Counted from the first letter of the stretch, positions 28,190 to 41,453 are shown. The stretch: DNA of 64,000 bases from Laetmonice hystrix (GCA_965235115.1 OZ249438.1:32054001-32118000); one strand, 5' to 3'. Notes: generated from the letters alone by a model not told the origin. Numbers and translations are program-made.

Positions 28190-28320
28190 CGATAATATAT
28201 CATAGCCCCTTCACGCCTGAAGAATTCCCGCATGACGAAATGTGTAATAATGATCCCAGAATCAATGAAGTGCACCATCGCCTAAATACCCACCTCAGGT
28301 TCCCATATTTTTCTTACCTG
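28190..28320 (+). mobile_element. Decayed LINE ORF2 fragment just upstream of the RT domain
   Basis: SPFTPEEF...DPRINEVHHRLNTHL resembles PFTxEEL...APGxDEIHYxMLKHL of I/Nimb/Jockey-type LINEs. Confidence 0.35.
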
Positions 28321-28869
28321 CCCATGTGTCATACATAACAAACAGTCATAGGAAGCTATCGTTCTTCCAAACATTTTCTCCTGAAAAGGTCATAGCTTTG
28401 CCCTATAGGAAACGCACACTTGTTTGCTCCATATGCTATGAATATTTCTAAATAAACTACATAGAGAATTTATAAAAAAATCCGAACTGCTAACAACGCA
28501 TTTGCGAACCATCAAGTTCAGACAGTAAATTGACTTTCCTTTCAAATATCGCGTTGCCATGGAAACCTTCATTCTCCATAAAGACGGTTGTGACGTGATG
28601 TGATGTGATGAAGCCGACTTTCTGTGAAGTCAGACAATGGGTCTGGTAATGTGACGGTTTCCAGTCTCCCTCGGCGGGATGTCATCGAAGTACTTAGGGA
28701 ACGCCTCTCAAGTCGGAAGATCCAAGTCGGGGGCCACTTCCATCCTACAAGTCGGGGTCGCTTCCGGAAGACGTGGACTTTGAACAGGGTTTCAAAAAAT
28801 GTAACGGGTAAAAATGGTGAAGTGATGAGTGGCACTCAGCAGGTGGTTGAGTACAGTGGTGACCGTAGT

Positions 28870-29094
28870 NNNNNNNNNNNNNNNNNNNNNNNNNNNNNNN
28901 NNNNNNNNNNNNNNNNNNNNNNNNNNNNNNNNNNNNNNNNNNNNNNNNNNNNNNNNNNNNNNNNNNNNNNNNNNNNNNNNNNNNNNNNNNNNNNNNNNNN
29001 NNNNNNNNNNNNNNNNNNNNNNNNNNNNNNNNNNNNNNNNNNNNNNNNNNNNNNNNNNNNNNNNNNNNNNNNNNNNNNNNNNNNNNNNNNNNNN
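28870..29094. other. Assembly gap (225 N)
   Basis: A run of N directly abuts the CTG tract. Confidence 1.
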
Positions 29095-29316
29095 TACTGC
29101 TGCTGCTGGTACTGCTGCTGCTGCTGCTGCTGGTACTGCTGCTGCTGCTGGTACTGTTGCTGCTGGTACTGCTGCTGCTGGTACTGCTGCTGCTGCTGCT
29201 GGTACTGCTGCTGCTGCTGGTACTGTTGCTGCTGGTACTGCTGCTGCTGGTACTGCTGCTGCTGCTGCTGGTACTGCTGCTGCTGGTACTGTTGCTGCTG
29301 GTACTGCTGCTGCTGG

Positions 29317-29353
<37 letters not shown>

Positions 29354-29559
29354 ACTGCTGCTGCTGCTGGTACTGCTGCTGCTGGTACTGCTGCTGCTGG
29401 TACTGCTGCTGCTGCTGGTACTGCTGCTGCTGGTACTGCTGCTGCTGCTGCTGGTACTGCTGCTGCTGGTACTGCTGCTGCTGGTACTGTTGCTGCTGGT
29501 ACTGCTGCTGCTGGTACTGCTGCTGCTGGTACTGTTGCTGCTGGTACTGCTGCTGCTGG

Positions 29560-29596
<37 letters not shown>

Positions 29597-29613
29597 ACTG
29601 CTGCTGCTGCTGC
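29095..29613. repeat. Interrupted (CTG/CAG)n microsatellite, at least 519 bp
   Basis: CTG runs of 4-11 units are separated by GTA, with occasional TTG variants. It produces the poly-Q/Y, -S/T, -A/VP, -C/WY and -L/V artefact ORFs. Confidence 0.98.
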
Positions 29614-32600
29614 CACAACAGGATAGATGCAGTAATATAACGGTCAACGGACCAAGGCATGTGAGGATATCAATTCACAACCTACCACTGGGCAATCGTG
29701 GCTCCTACCTTTAACATCGTTTCTTTTCCTGCCAGGCCTGGCCTCTGGTCGTCTTCCTCGTAGACCAATCCTTAGTTCTACCTTTCTTTCATCGGCAATT
29801 CACGACCACCCTGAGGCTTTCTTCCTCGCACCCCCCCCCCCCCCCCCCATACATAACAGTAGGCCAGGGAGAGCGAGCTAAAACAGTAACACCCGATGTC
29901 CCGTTCACTATCCGTGAAGAGGAAGCTCTAGCAATCGTCAACCCTTTCACACGCCACCCATCATCTATGATACACCTACATTAAAAACGTTGTCCTTTTA
30001 TTAGGCGCATAGACCGACCATCACCCTGAAAATTATCTAAAAGGTTCAGCTGGGGTGATCTAAACGCACTTCATTATGTTATGTAGCGTATCATAGAACA
30101 AGTGAACCCCTGACTCCTGTATAAAAAGAAGGTAGGTAGAGTCCTGAAGGAACCTGTCTTTTTTTCTGCATAGAAACAGACTCACCATAATCGACTACCC
30201 TCTGGTCCTCATTCTACAGCGACACACATGCATGAGTGCACATACCACCAGTTCCCTGCTGCAAGGAGCTGCCATCACCATTGCATCACATGCTTACCAC
30301 AAAAAAACTACCTGTGTTGTGTTTGTTTTGAGCCACATGCTTATCTGTCACTTGGTCTGCGTCGCTTGTTCTTTCTGTCCATTTGAGGCAGTTGGGAATA
30401 AAAACAAGTTTGCGTTATCTTCCAGGAATGTAGATACAGTGCCGTAATATCACACAACTGCCGGCTCCAGATTCCTATCCATCTTACTACCGCATCTCCT
30501 CACATTTTCCCACGCTACGGAGCGTGTCCTACAACTCCAAGGCCGAGGGATAAGGGGGAAAAAGTGACGAGTGGGGGAAGGGTAGGAAGGGCAACTTATG
30601 ACAGGGTTCACTCAAGTCGGGAGGGAGGCCGATCGTCTGCTTTAAAAGTATCAGTGGTGCGAGGCCTCCATGTGCTACTACTACTGCCCGCCGGTATGTG
30701 TATCACACACAAACACACACCCACTGTGTGTCGTACCCGGCCACCTGTCTCAACACTCAATCTATGTGCGCTCAATCCTACCATTTCTCTAGCAGTCATC
30801 TATTACAACGTCTCTTTATAATATTTCATCGTGCGGCATATGTGTATGTATGTTAGCATTAAAATGTTTCTTCAGATTTTATGTCTGCACAATTAATGAC
30901 ACAATCTGAGACAACAGAATCCTTTATGTTCCAGTATTTTCCCGAAAGGGATCGCCATGTTTTTGTTAGGTGACACTGATGAAGGAAGATCTGGAAAGGC
31001 TTGAGGACAGTTTGACAGTACGACCCTGAGCATTACCAGTCCGGCTCCACGTTAAGAAATAGAACGTGAAGTTGTTATGATCTAGCGGCACGTTTGTCAT
31101 GGTTCACGGGGCGCAGGCCAGGGGGCATGACAGAGGTTTTATGGTACAAACGATAAACAATGTTGTAGTTCTTAATATACGTGTCAATGGCAAATAATAG
31201 GTAGACAGGTGCTGAAATGGTTTCACTACTGACGCTCCTCCTAGGACATGTTACATGTAGAGGCTGGCTAAATTTAATGCGATTATTCGACCTCAATCGT
31301 CTCATCATCATCATCGTCATCATCTCCATCATCTCCATCACGACTGAGGGAGAGAAAGTGACAACCCATGAAAACACAACACTTGAATTAGCCGACTCAG
31401 GCTGTCATTGTTTCTCAGTGGACATTGGTCTCAACGTCAAAGTTCATAACCGAGTCCAGACAACCCACCCAACCCCATCTCCACCATGATCCACTGCTAG
31501 GCCTGCCATAACTACCATAACCTCTCTCAAATCTGCTCTCTGCTATGTTCTAGATAGTGTTAGACTTTCTCTGATTATTGAGGACCCAAAACTTATTACT
31601 CTAGTAAATTTGCCCGATAGCGCATAGTCTACATACTGGTAATCAACCCGACAGGCAACACATCTTAGTTGATTCACGCAGAAGTCTGGCAAGGTCACAC
31701 ACATCAATGTACAATAACTTCGTTTCTTTCTTCCATATCTAGACCACATAGTAAATGTTTTGCTTTGCAAATAATGATTTGACATGACGTTGATATGAGT
31801 ACTTGCTCTGAGTCTGATATTGGTTCACACTTCGATCTGTTATTCCCATGCCCCGCCAGGGGGAGCTCTGAGAACAGATCGAGTCTGGAGTGTTAGGTGA
31901 CTTCAGGTCATCTGTCAATCTGTCGGACCACAGCAAGTCTACGCGTCATGTCAGCGTAACTTGTAGGGGTCTGGCAAGGTTGTGTTTACACTGGCCAATG
32001 GCACCGTCCAACGTCCCTGCAGCAGCCAAGCTTACAACAAAAATACGATGTCTTCACGCTCAGCCTCGGGCGTAATACTGACAACCCTGACAAAGACATA
32101 GCATGAATTGGAAGACACTCTCAATTAGGAAACGTCACACTGACTGTGCGCAGCCAATATAAAGGAGTCATCAGTCACCTCATTCACGGTGAGCCCAACA
32201 TAACGCCAAGGCTCTCTCCTTTAAATGCTGTTTGAAACAACCAATCGTGATGATTGGATCATTGTGCATTCAGGCACTGCGCTTGTTATTATAATTGGTC
32301 CAAATTGTTACGAGATCGTTACAAAGATATAATATTTTGGGGTTGACAGCCAAATTACCTCATCGCCTCATTACCACTTACTGGTTAACTTCAAAAGACT
32401 GGATACAAACGGTACATGTCAAAAGAGAATATTGAAATGTCTGCAGGTAAACTTCTTAACGTCATCTACATTCTATGGACCATTGTTTATATGTCACACT
32501 CACGTAATGGGGAATACACATTCACATATCACCATTCTGCCTTCATTCTGAGATATCTATCTATGAGAAGAGAGATAGCCTACTAGGTGTTCACTCACAG

Positions 32601-34613
32601 AAACTCGTTTCAGATTTATCATCTTGCTTTAATTGTTTTAATTTGTCCTAATTAGTCTAAGTTCTACTTGTCAAAGGAGATCCGACTTGGGACCTTCTGC
32701 AGGAGTTATTCTTCACTTTTGATGGATCAGGATCTTGTTTAGTTCAGCAACGCCAAGTTGGTCTATTAGAATAGGGACATTTAGTTATGTGCTTCTGACG
32801 CCAGGGGTCACCACCAACAACGGTGCCAGGAAATTGGCGGGAAATGCGCGACAACTGCGTCATTGCACGGCTCTCTCTCTCTCGCTCACTCTTTCTCTCC
32901 CAGCAATCCATGGTCAACAAATGATGAGTGAAGCACCTGTTCCGAACGTGATATGGTTTCATGTTACACTCCAACCCCAGCCTTTCCGGTTTTGACCTGA
33001 GATATTTTGTGTGTACTGGTTACTCAAAGTCCACACAGCAAAGCCTACATTAATGCAGATCGGGGGGGGGGGGGGGCATGCTGATTCAATATGAAGGTTG
33101 AACGCAATGGCGTTATTCATGCCTGACTGTAGTAGACACAGATGGGATATTTTGACATTAGGCCTGCTCTATGTGTGGGTGCCCCCAAGGTCTACTGCTC
33201 TTGTTTCTCCACCAGGCCCTGCCATCAATCTCCCCGAGACTAACTGCCATGCTCAGCTTGACATAATTACCACAACACAGTCTCGTTTTGTATAATGTGC
33301 AGCGTTTTTTTTACCTTCGACAATACACATTACTATGTACATATGTATAGGGTGTATGTGTTCAGGTTTGTGAAGTCAGGCCTTGTGTGGAGACATATAT
33401 ACAAAACAGTCGCAGGGTTTGAAAACAGATTGAAGGGGGCTGGGGACGGGAGGGTGGGAAGAGGGAAGGGAGGGGGAGAAGGGGTGGGGAGGGGAGGGGT
33501 CCTTAGGGGACGGACATAAATAACTTCAGCCTCAGGGTATCGATGTCATAACACATCCCACAATCGCATGGCTGGTTTTGGCGGGAAACTAACTGGCCTC
33601 ATTTCCTGGTTGTGGGAGCACATTTATCTGGGTCACCATGTGCCACGCTGCATCCCTACTAATACATTATCCAGCTCCTGCATTTTTTCCATGGTTATCT
33701 GTTGTTGACATCGAGTTGGGAAAGTCAACCTTCGCGCCTGACAACATTGGTCACATAAATATGAGCACTTGGTCCTTACTGTGGCCACTGAGGTAAAAAA
33801 AGGTGTCATTGTTGTAGCAGCTCAGAGTCCGTGCGTGTTATAAATGAACAATTGAGAGCCTTGGTGCAATTAAGGCACCTTTAACTTGGTCAATGCGGCT
33901 CTAACGCGGTCAAAGAGACTCGCATCCTCTACCGGCGCGACAGTCTCTTGAGGCACATATCGAATGTCTACTGGCGCTGTCAACATGCACAAGTCTGGTC
34001 GGGGTGCGTTTCCTTTGAATTCACAAATTGAGCTCGAGTGCTTTAGGGGTTCCTTGGGCATGCAAGTATAGGTACAGAAAACAAACAGGCGTAAAATCGA
34101 CCTTCTGTTAGATAGAATAGCCTAGCCTAATACCCTAATCTCAGTATAAACTGGAAGCGAACGAGGCCTAGTCAGTATATCAGGGACATGAACCCTCCCC
34201 CCCCCCTCCTCCTCAGAGATATATATTACCCTGTATTCAATCGTAAACATCTCAAAACCAAAACTGACCAGGATATAAAAGGTCATTTTCCATATGTACC
34301 TACCAAAGTCCAGGTTAGGGTTGAATATGAGACCTCGCTCATTCACCGAGAGGCTAATATAGACTCTATGTACGTACACGGTTCACTTCAAACTAAATTG
34401 AGATTGTTGAGATTCAGTTCCTTATAAACAGTTCTCACTCGTCTGGAAACTGATCTGTGACGGTTCCTGTAGAAATATTTCCTCACGATCTGTGCAGTAT
34501 GTCATTATGGTGTTTTCAAGTGATTCAGAAATCAGTATCCGGTAGGTGGCGTGCTGTGTGTAATATACCCCCTTTTGTATTTAAATAGTGAATAGGACTA
34601 ATTCAATGGCAGG

Positions 34614-34681
34614 GATGTGTACATGACATAAAATATGAGTACTGGGAAGAAATAGTGTGAAAGGTATGTCATGTACACATC
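34614..34681. repeat. 17-bp perfect inverted repeat with a 34-bp spacer
   Basis: GATGTGTACATGACATA at 34614-34630 and TATGTCATGTACACATC at 34665-34681. Confidence 0.9.
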
Positions 34682-36525
34682 ACTGTGACAATCTTGACCT
34701 AAAATCATCCAATACACATCACTCAGACTAGAGTGCGTGCTCAGACAAACCAGCATTTAGCAGTACACCCGACAAGACCATTTAATAATGTTTCTGTACT
34801 GCAAGTCGATTGGTACTTACCAACAATGTCCACAATGGGACCCATCTACAAATACCCTCGAGATATATGACCATGTACTTATTAAGTGTGCAGTACTAAT
34901 GTGGGGTTTCCCCCTGATGTCGCCAATGAGCAGTGTCGCCTCAGCTTGGGGCCTTGACCAGGCATGTGGCCAGTGCTGCGCGACACTGTGCCTCACTGTG
35001 GCTGCGGCCGGCGGCAGGCCAGCACATGAAAGTCGGCGTGCTCACACCCACCGTGGTCCGCCCGCCGCCATCAAAGTCACTCCCCCAGGGGGCAGCACCG
35101 GGCAGGCGGCGAGATGGGAGCCGGGCCCGTTCCCGCCAATGGCTCATTATCTACGCCGAGGCACAGATATGGAGGATGCTTCCCTTTGAAAGGAGAGCGC
35201 TTTATCAGCACTTCACACACAACCGGCCTTCTCCCCACGGCACAAAACTCAATCACAAAGATACAAATCTCATCTTCAGAATACTATTTTCTCTATACAC
35301 TAAAGTGTTTAATTTAGAACGCTAGATGAAAGGACTAATAGGGCATTCAGTGATGGTCAGGATATCATACCGCGATGATGCCCAAATAACTTAAATATAT
35401 GCGAAACATATTGAAAGAGAATATAGACACAGCTTTTTATCTCAGACATACAATTTCTTTTGATAATTTAATTTATTCTTTTACAATTAACCGTTTTACT
35501 GATTTCAGTAAGAAAAAGACATATATGTTCAACAAGTCTTGAAAATCAGTCTACATAATACCGTTAAGGTATTCAAAAACACGCATCTAAATCTCTAGGC
35601 ATGACAAGTAGAACTGCATGTTTCCTATGCGATACCTTCTGTCTGAATAAAATTAGATTTCTTGTTGTATTTAAGTAAATAAGTTGTTTTATTAAAAGGC
35701 TTTTGACATGTGCTATATGATATATTCAGTGTTGGGTGGACAGTGGGCAGCTAGCGGTCATCAATCATGTAGGCGCCACGGGCCCTGGCAATGTATCCAC
35801 GGTCACGCTGGCAGCGGAAGGCGGGGGGCGGAGGGAGGGGGCAGCATGGCCAACTGCACCCACTGAACCCACCAAGGTGTTTATATCTATCGGCCCCCAG
35901 CTGAGCAACCACGTTGGTAGGAACCAAAAAAAGGGTTAGGGTTGTGGGGCGTGTTGTGAAGGTGGGGGTGGGGTGGAAAGGAAACCCAACAACAAGGGTA
36001 TTTCGGAATAAACACAAAGGTGCTGCTCCACAACCCCCAAGCACGCATGACCTACTGAGCCGACCGTCCCACACCTGTGCAATATGGGCTTTGAACTGGT
36101 CCTAAGTCTCCCATTTCTATATACTTCTACCATACCTGTTTCTTACGCTACCATTACTAAGCTGTAAGATAACACAGGCGGTCCTTGTGTTTTGCAACTT
36201 TAATTACCGTCTTTGTCCCGTTCTGTTTATTCTCCAGTAAACCCCTGATTTTAATCTGTCAGTTCCTATAAATCTGAACACATCTGTCTCTCCCCGGTCA
36301 TTTAATCCTTTCTTCACGGCCTTTGTTGTGCTGCTGAAACATTATCTATTTTTGGGGTGTCTGCTCAGACAAGAGTTGCCGACATAAAAACAGGAGTCGC
36401 TATAATCGGGGCGGAGCGGGCGCTCGGGGACAGCTCAAGGATTGAATAAGTCTGGCACTTCATCAGTGCGGGATGGGGAGAGAAGGTGTCATTGTGATCT
36501 ATTGCTGGACCCATCTTCGCCTTGT

Positions 36526-36725
36526 CAGGTGTGCAGGCATATTGTCCCGCGAAGTGGCCCAATTACAGGTGTGCAGACGACCTCACCTGTGTGTTGGAAC
36601 TCATCCTGGATGCACCTGATGACAGGTGTGTCTGAACGCCGACATTTGTCCGTGTATGGGCGCGGCGGCAGTGGGCGGGGGGCCGGCGGGCGGGGGGCCG
36701 GCGGGCGGGGGCCGGCGGGCGGGGG
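36526..36725. promoter_or_regulatory. Candidate enhancer: five CAGGTG/CACCTG E-boxes followed by four GC boxes
   Basis: E-boxes at 36526, 36566, 36584, 36613 and 36623. A ~15-bp repeat GGGCGGGGGGCCGGC occurs about 4 times at 36673-36725. The motifs are seen directly; function is inferred. Confidence 0.5.
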
Positions 36726-37071
36726 CAGACAATGATGGGCCCGGCCCCCGTCCATTCAGACCCGTCACGAGCACTCTATCTCTACAAGCCACCGTCCCTA
36801 TTAACCCCCACCCCTCCCGAAAATACCCACCTGTGCTGAACCAACCCTGAGGAAAAGATAACAAAACATCTGAACAGAGATTGCAGATGATGGGCTGTGA
36901 GGACTGCCCCACACCCTTCTCTTTCAACCCTCCACGATGAATACAAGCACCATATGTGTCGGTATTTACTTCATTCAAACAGGGCACATGTATGGAAAGA
37001 ATGGAGAAATTTGTTTTCAATGCGGATGACCATATTCTCTTGGCATCCTACTTCTGATGAAAGTCTCTTAC

Positions 37072-37150
37072 CTTGCAGTTCAATGCCCTTTGCAGTGATT
37101 AAGTAGACGAAGCACGAGGAAGGGGCAACTGGCGATTTGGCGACCATCAC
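37072..37150 (-). CDS. RAD51B: RAD51B internal coding exon (79 bp, phase 0 to phase 1)
   Basis: aatctcccaccAG|GTG ATG GTC GCC AAA TCG CCA...CTG CAA G|GTaaga gives VMVAKSPVAPSSCFVYLITAKGIELQ. Compare human ILIAKSPLAPFTSFVYTIKEEGLVLQ (from memory). A 392-bp intron separates it from the previous exon. Confidence 0.95.
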
Positions 37151-37542
37151 CTGGTGGGAGATTAACGGGCAACAATTCAACTTAGTATCACTGATCAGTA
37201 CCATCCTTAATAACCTTATAACCAAGTATTTGGTGTTTAAAATAATTCCAGCAACGAAGTAGGCAAAGTAATTTTGAAAAACAATAGATGTTGAAAAAAC
37301 ATTGAAAAAAAATGCAACAAATTGCACCTGTTACAGGAGCCATATGCAGGTAGTCAAACTTAAATCTATACATAAAAACAGTCTAACCTAGACTTCATTC
37401 ATGATACAAACAAATTATCACCACGCTTAATCACTTTAGGGATTCCTGACTGAATGTATTGGAAGATGTTTCACATGGCAGACTGTATTTGCCTTTCGTT
37501 GTTTGTGTGGTTTGTGGCGGGGGTGTGCCAGTGCCTGCTCAC

Positions 37543-37664
37543 CTGACGTTGGGCGCCGTCCAGGTACTGGACGATGAGACGGGTGTTAACGCTGTGACTC
37601 CATGTGTTACCGAGAGCTACTGTCACATAGCTGCTCTCACCGTCCACACTGACGCCAACCTCAC
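37543..37664 (-). CDS. RAD51B: RAD51B internal coding exon (122 bp, phase 1 to phase 0)
   Basis: tttgctccAG|GT GAG GTT...CAA CGT CAG|GTgagc gives (G)EVGVSVDGESSYVTVALGNTWSHSVNTRLIVQYLDGAQRQ. This closely matches human RAD51B AALGNTWSHSVNTRLILQYLDSERRQ (from memory). It lies inside track ORF 37471..37689. Confidence 0.95.
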
Positions 37665-38160
37665 CTGGAGCAAACCGACCGGTGACCACTCTCAGTGACT
37701 ATCATAGGTATGTCAGACACGGCTACACGGCCACTCGGCGGTATGGATGCTACTTCTGGTATTCTCAATCAGAAAGTCATGAATACGTAATACAGTCAGG
37801 TAACTAACATCACTACTACATGTCTACCGTATGAGGCAAAGATATGAACTATATGGTTGCTGAGAAGAAATCACACAAAGGTTTCTTATTTTATAGAAGT
37901 GATAATTGACAATAATATACTGAAACACAATTTTGGAATGAATCTGGAAGGGAAACTGATAGCAAATTGGAATGTGTGAGGATGGTTCACACCGATTATT
38001 TTGGTCCTTGAATGATATTCCTTATTTCTCCTCATCAATGTGGAGCCCGCTATAGGCTTCTCCCCTTTCATTGACCCTCCTCGTCACTGTGGGATACAGA
38101 CAGAGCAGACTTCAAGGCCTTCTCTACCGCGCTAATTCGTTAGGGTTTGTTGGGGGGGGG

Positions 38161-38260
38161 GGGGTAATCTGAAGTTGGAGGGGGTACGTTGAGTTAACTT
38201 CAGATTACCCCGGGGGTATGTTGAAACTAACTTCAACTATATACCCTCAGTACGTTGAAG
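38161..38260. repeat. 16-bp perfect hairpin with degenerate subrepeats
   Basis: GGGGTAATCTGAAGTT at 38161-38176 pairs with AACTTCAGATTACCCC at 38196-38211. There are three related GTAYGTTGA... subunits. Confidence 0.8.
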
Positions 38261-40059
38261 TATACTGAATGGGAGGGGGGGGGGGGTTACATCTAAATTG
38301 GTTACCTGGACACCGAGATTGGACGCAGGAGGAGGGAGGCGGACACTCTGAACTATGTCCATACAAGGCTGTTCCGTGTGTGTCGTACCACAGGACGCTG
38401 GCGTCACTGACTGCGCATCCACGTCCCGCCCAGTGTTACGTCATCACCGGGACGTCACGGAAACTGACCTCAGAGAAATCTCTCTCCATGGACGCCTACT
38501 AAACACCAGACAGTCTCCTGACCGACTGTGACTTCTGTGTCATGACCCTTACGCACCGTGGGGAGCCAACCCCCCTCTCAGTAAAATGTAAATATTGGTA
38601 AACACCGGGTCCATCCTCTCTCTGCCCTCTGACCCCTTGGGTCACTGGTCACCCGAGCGCCATCTAGCGTTCTGTCTGCTATCCGATCTTCTCGTGTTTT
38701 GCTGTGGTCATTTCGTGGAACAATAACAAACACAGGAGTCTGCTTTGTGTAGTCATTCTATTTAACTTGGTCTGCTTAAAATACAGTTTACAGGGAATGG
38801 AGAAACTTGAAGATATGTAGTTATCATCATCCTAAACGCTGCCTTGTCTCACATCAACTGCTTTATTAAGCCAATCACTAGATTTATTTATTAAAGGATA
38901 ACTGTCAGACTTTGACTCCGAGTAGAGCTGTGAGATTGGGTACAAATTAGGTGTTAGTATGTTTAATTCAGTTCTCATTTACCCCGTAAATATTTGGTTA
39001 AAATGTTCCAGACAATGCAAACAAGATCCAAAAATGTCCAAATGTAAACAATTTACGCTGCCGAATGATTGGCCCCAAGAGATGCACGGCCACTGGTCAG
39101 TGTTTCCGACGCCAGGCTGTCCGGGTGGGGCGGAGGTTGGGTGACCTGCAGCCAGCTGACCGGTCAGTGGTAGGGTCTCCAGTGACCAGCTCTGGTGCCA
39201 CTTGGTACATCTCGGTGCCTGACTCGATCAGCTGGGTGAGGCTCACCTGGCCCGGCGGCAGGCACCGGTTATCGCCTCAGTTTCTTCACCAGTATCACCA
39301 CCTTCACACACCAATAAACAACGTTTGACCACTTCAAACCAGCACCCAGCATGCGGCCACCCCGCCCCTGTGCCATACCGTCTGATCGCTAGGCTGGAGA
39401 ACCTTGGAAACCAAAGGCACCAGTCACTGCAACCCGTGCCCTCAAACTGAAAACATGTACTTCATCTTGGAATGGCGGATTCCTCCCACTAGATTGACGA
39501 ACTAATTCCTCTGAATAAAGGCCAGCCGAAAAGGAAATCTGATAATATTCACTATAAATCACGGTCCAAAACTGCGACAACAATAATATTTCGGGAAAGG
39601 CCCTGACTTTGAAACAAGCCAGGACGGGGAGCGGGGACTTGATAACGTTGAATCAACGAGAAATTAAAGTTATGACGAACAGGATATTCAACTGACATTT
39701 TAGCCGAGAACTTTTCTAGTGCCGTAGGTAATTTTGTCTAGTTATCAGCGCCTACACTCCGTGAGTGAATCGCCGAGTGATATACTACTCACACCCCTTC
39801 GTATAGCAATGCTGTCACGCGATCCGTGTCACTCGCTATGTCACGCACGCAATGGACACCATACTCTCGGAGACATCTGTCAGAATAAAGTGTGACGTCA
39901 TCGTCAAACTTGTCACGTCATAATTTGTAACTCTTCAGATCTACCTTTCATAAGAAAGCCCTACATAGCTTTCCCATGTTGGGAATTAAAGTCTGACAAT
40001 GTTTCTTCACAATTTCCACAAAAACAAGTTGGAGTGTTCTTCCATACTCTCCTGGCCTC

Positions 40060-40520
40060 TCTGCAACATACTTGGCACGGATCACAGTGACGTTGTGCCA
40101 CTCAACTGGATGAACACCAATAACTCAGGAAGTGTCTCATACGGATACGCAGTAAATGTTTTGCTCAGGAAATCTACCAAGTGCCTCATCTCAAAGCAGC
40201 GCCAGAGCGCCCTCCTCGAAGTCGTGTCTCTGTGGATGACATCAGGACTCCCCCCCCCCCCCCGGCCGTTGCTGCGATACCAAAGTACGCCCCCACTGTG
40301 GGGTGTCTCCACGGCGATGCCTATCACACTGGGAGCAGACCTTGGCGAGTGTTTCACATAAATACACCATAAAGAGTGGAGGACTTTCCCGACATAAACC
40401 ACACTCAGGACGGCACCTTCTCCTTCACACGGTTCCTCACAACGGTCAACCTCTGCCGTCTCACACAACCGGTTTAATTCTCTGTAAACATTAATGTCAC
40501 CCAATGTCCTTGACTGCGAT
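40060..40520 (+). mobile_element. Decayed LINE AP-endonuclease fragment
   Basis: Across frames: GYAVNVLLRKS, LLEVVSLW, EDFPDIN, RFLTTVNLCRLTQPV and NVLD. These follow the CR1/L2 APE order GGVAxxVRKS...GDFNxPDI...RFLxxxNxxxLTQxV...NILDL. Confidence 0.45.
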
Positions 40521-41182
40521 TAGATAGAGATCGAAGGTCCATGTCAGGTTGCCATAAAACCGCTGTACTCTGTGAATGGCCGGGGGTCTGGCATGGCAGG
40601 CCTCCAATAGACTCACAATAACAACAGCTTGCTGGGTCAGGTGGCTAAAACGGCTACACCGAGTTTAAGAAACTAACCTTTGAAAAGGATTAAACTAAAC
40701 TCAAAGAAATCCCATTAAACAAAAGTTTATTCTATGCCATGAACGGACATATTCCAGTGTCAACTATCATCATAATTTACAACCGATTTCATGGTTGGGA
40801 AATAAACAGACCTTACAGGGGGATAAAATGTTACTTTAAACAACTTGTATGCTGCATCAGGTAAGGTTGACATTTTCGCGACCTCACAGAAACATTTCTG
40901 CCAGTAATGGCATCAATTCTCATTTCAATGATCTGACTCATGAAAAATTGCGAGCCAGTATTCCGTAAACCTTCCCACGTACTCGACTGACTCACATACA
41001 CCCACTCCCTCTCTCCTCCTCCTGCTGCTGGTCGTCCTCCGGACAGGTACTCCAGTACAGAACGGAAGGTCACATCAGGACCATCGAGGTGTCCGTATCA
41101 TATCTCCGCTCCAGGAAGTAGTCACGTAAACAGCCGTGTCTAAACAAACCACCCGGAAACACCGCCGCCACCAGCCTCCACA

Positions 41183-41370
41183 TTTTCTCTGATTGGTAGA
41201 ATCCACCACCGCAAGCCTCCACAGCATCAATCATTTCCCTGATTGGTAGAATCCACCACCGCCTGCCTCCACAGCATCAATCATTTCGCTGATTGGTAGA
41301 ATCCACCACCGCCTGCCCCCACAGCACCAATCATTTCCCCGATTGGTAGAAGCCATTCCCGGATTGGTGG
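41183..41370. repeat. 50-bp tandem repeat (three full units plus a partial fourth), each carrying a CCAAT box
   Basis: GATTGGTAGA occurs at 41191, 41241, 41291 and 41341. There is an extra ATTGG at 41363 and a CCAAT at 41327. Confidence 0.9.
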
Positions 41371-41453
41371 CATGGGGATCGAGTCCTGATGGGAACATCA
41401 ACACAAAATCTGATGATAAGAACTAAAACTACCACTATCACTCTGTCATTACT

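Noticed and set aside
28553-28566. RFX X-box GTTGCCATGGAAAC
   Set aside because: It is a single site in repeat-like AT-rich DNA, and this motif is common in invertebrate repeats.
28624-29714. Six long ORFs (185-338 aa) of poly-Q/Y, -S, -A, -C and -L
   Set aside because: They arise from a stop-free triplet repeat plus an N gap, are open on both strands, and have no unique coding context.
31217-31489. Hydrophobic IIIIVIISIISI stretch as a signal or transmembrane exon
   Set aside because: It is produced by an (ATC)n microsatellite.
40082-40504. 140-aa minus-strand ORF (DINVYRELNRLCETAEV...) as a host exon
   Set aside because: It does not fit RAD51B, runs through a poly-G tract, and is better explained as antisense to a decayed LINE endonuclease.
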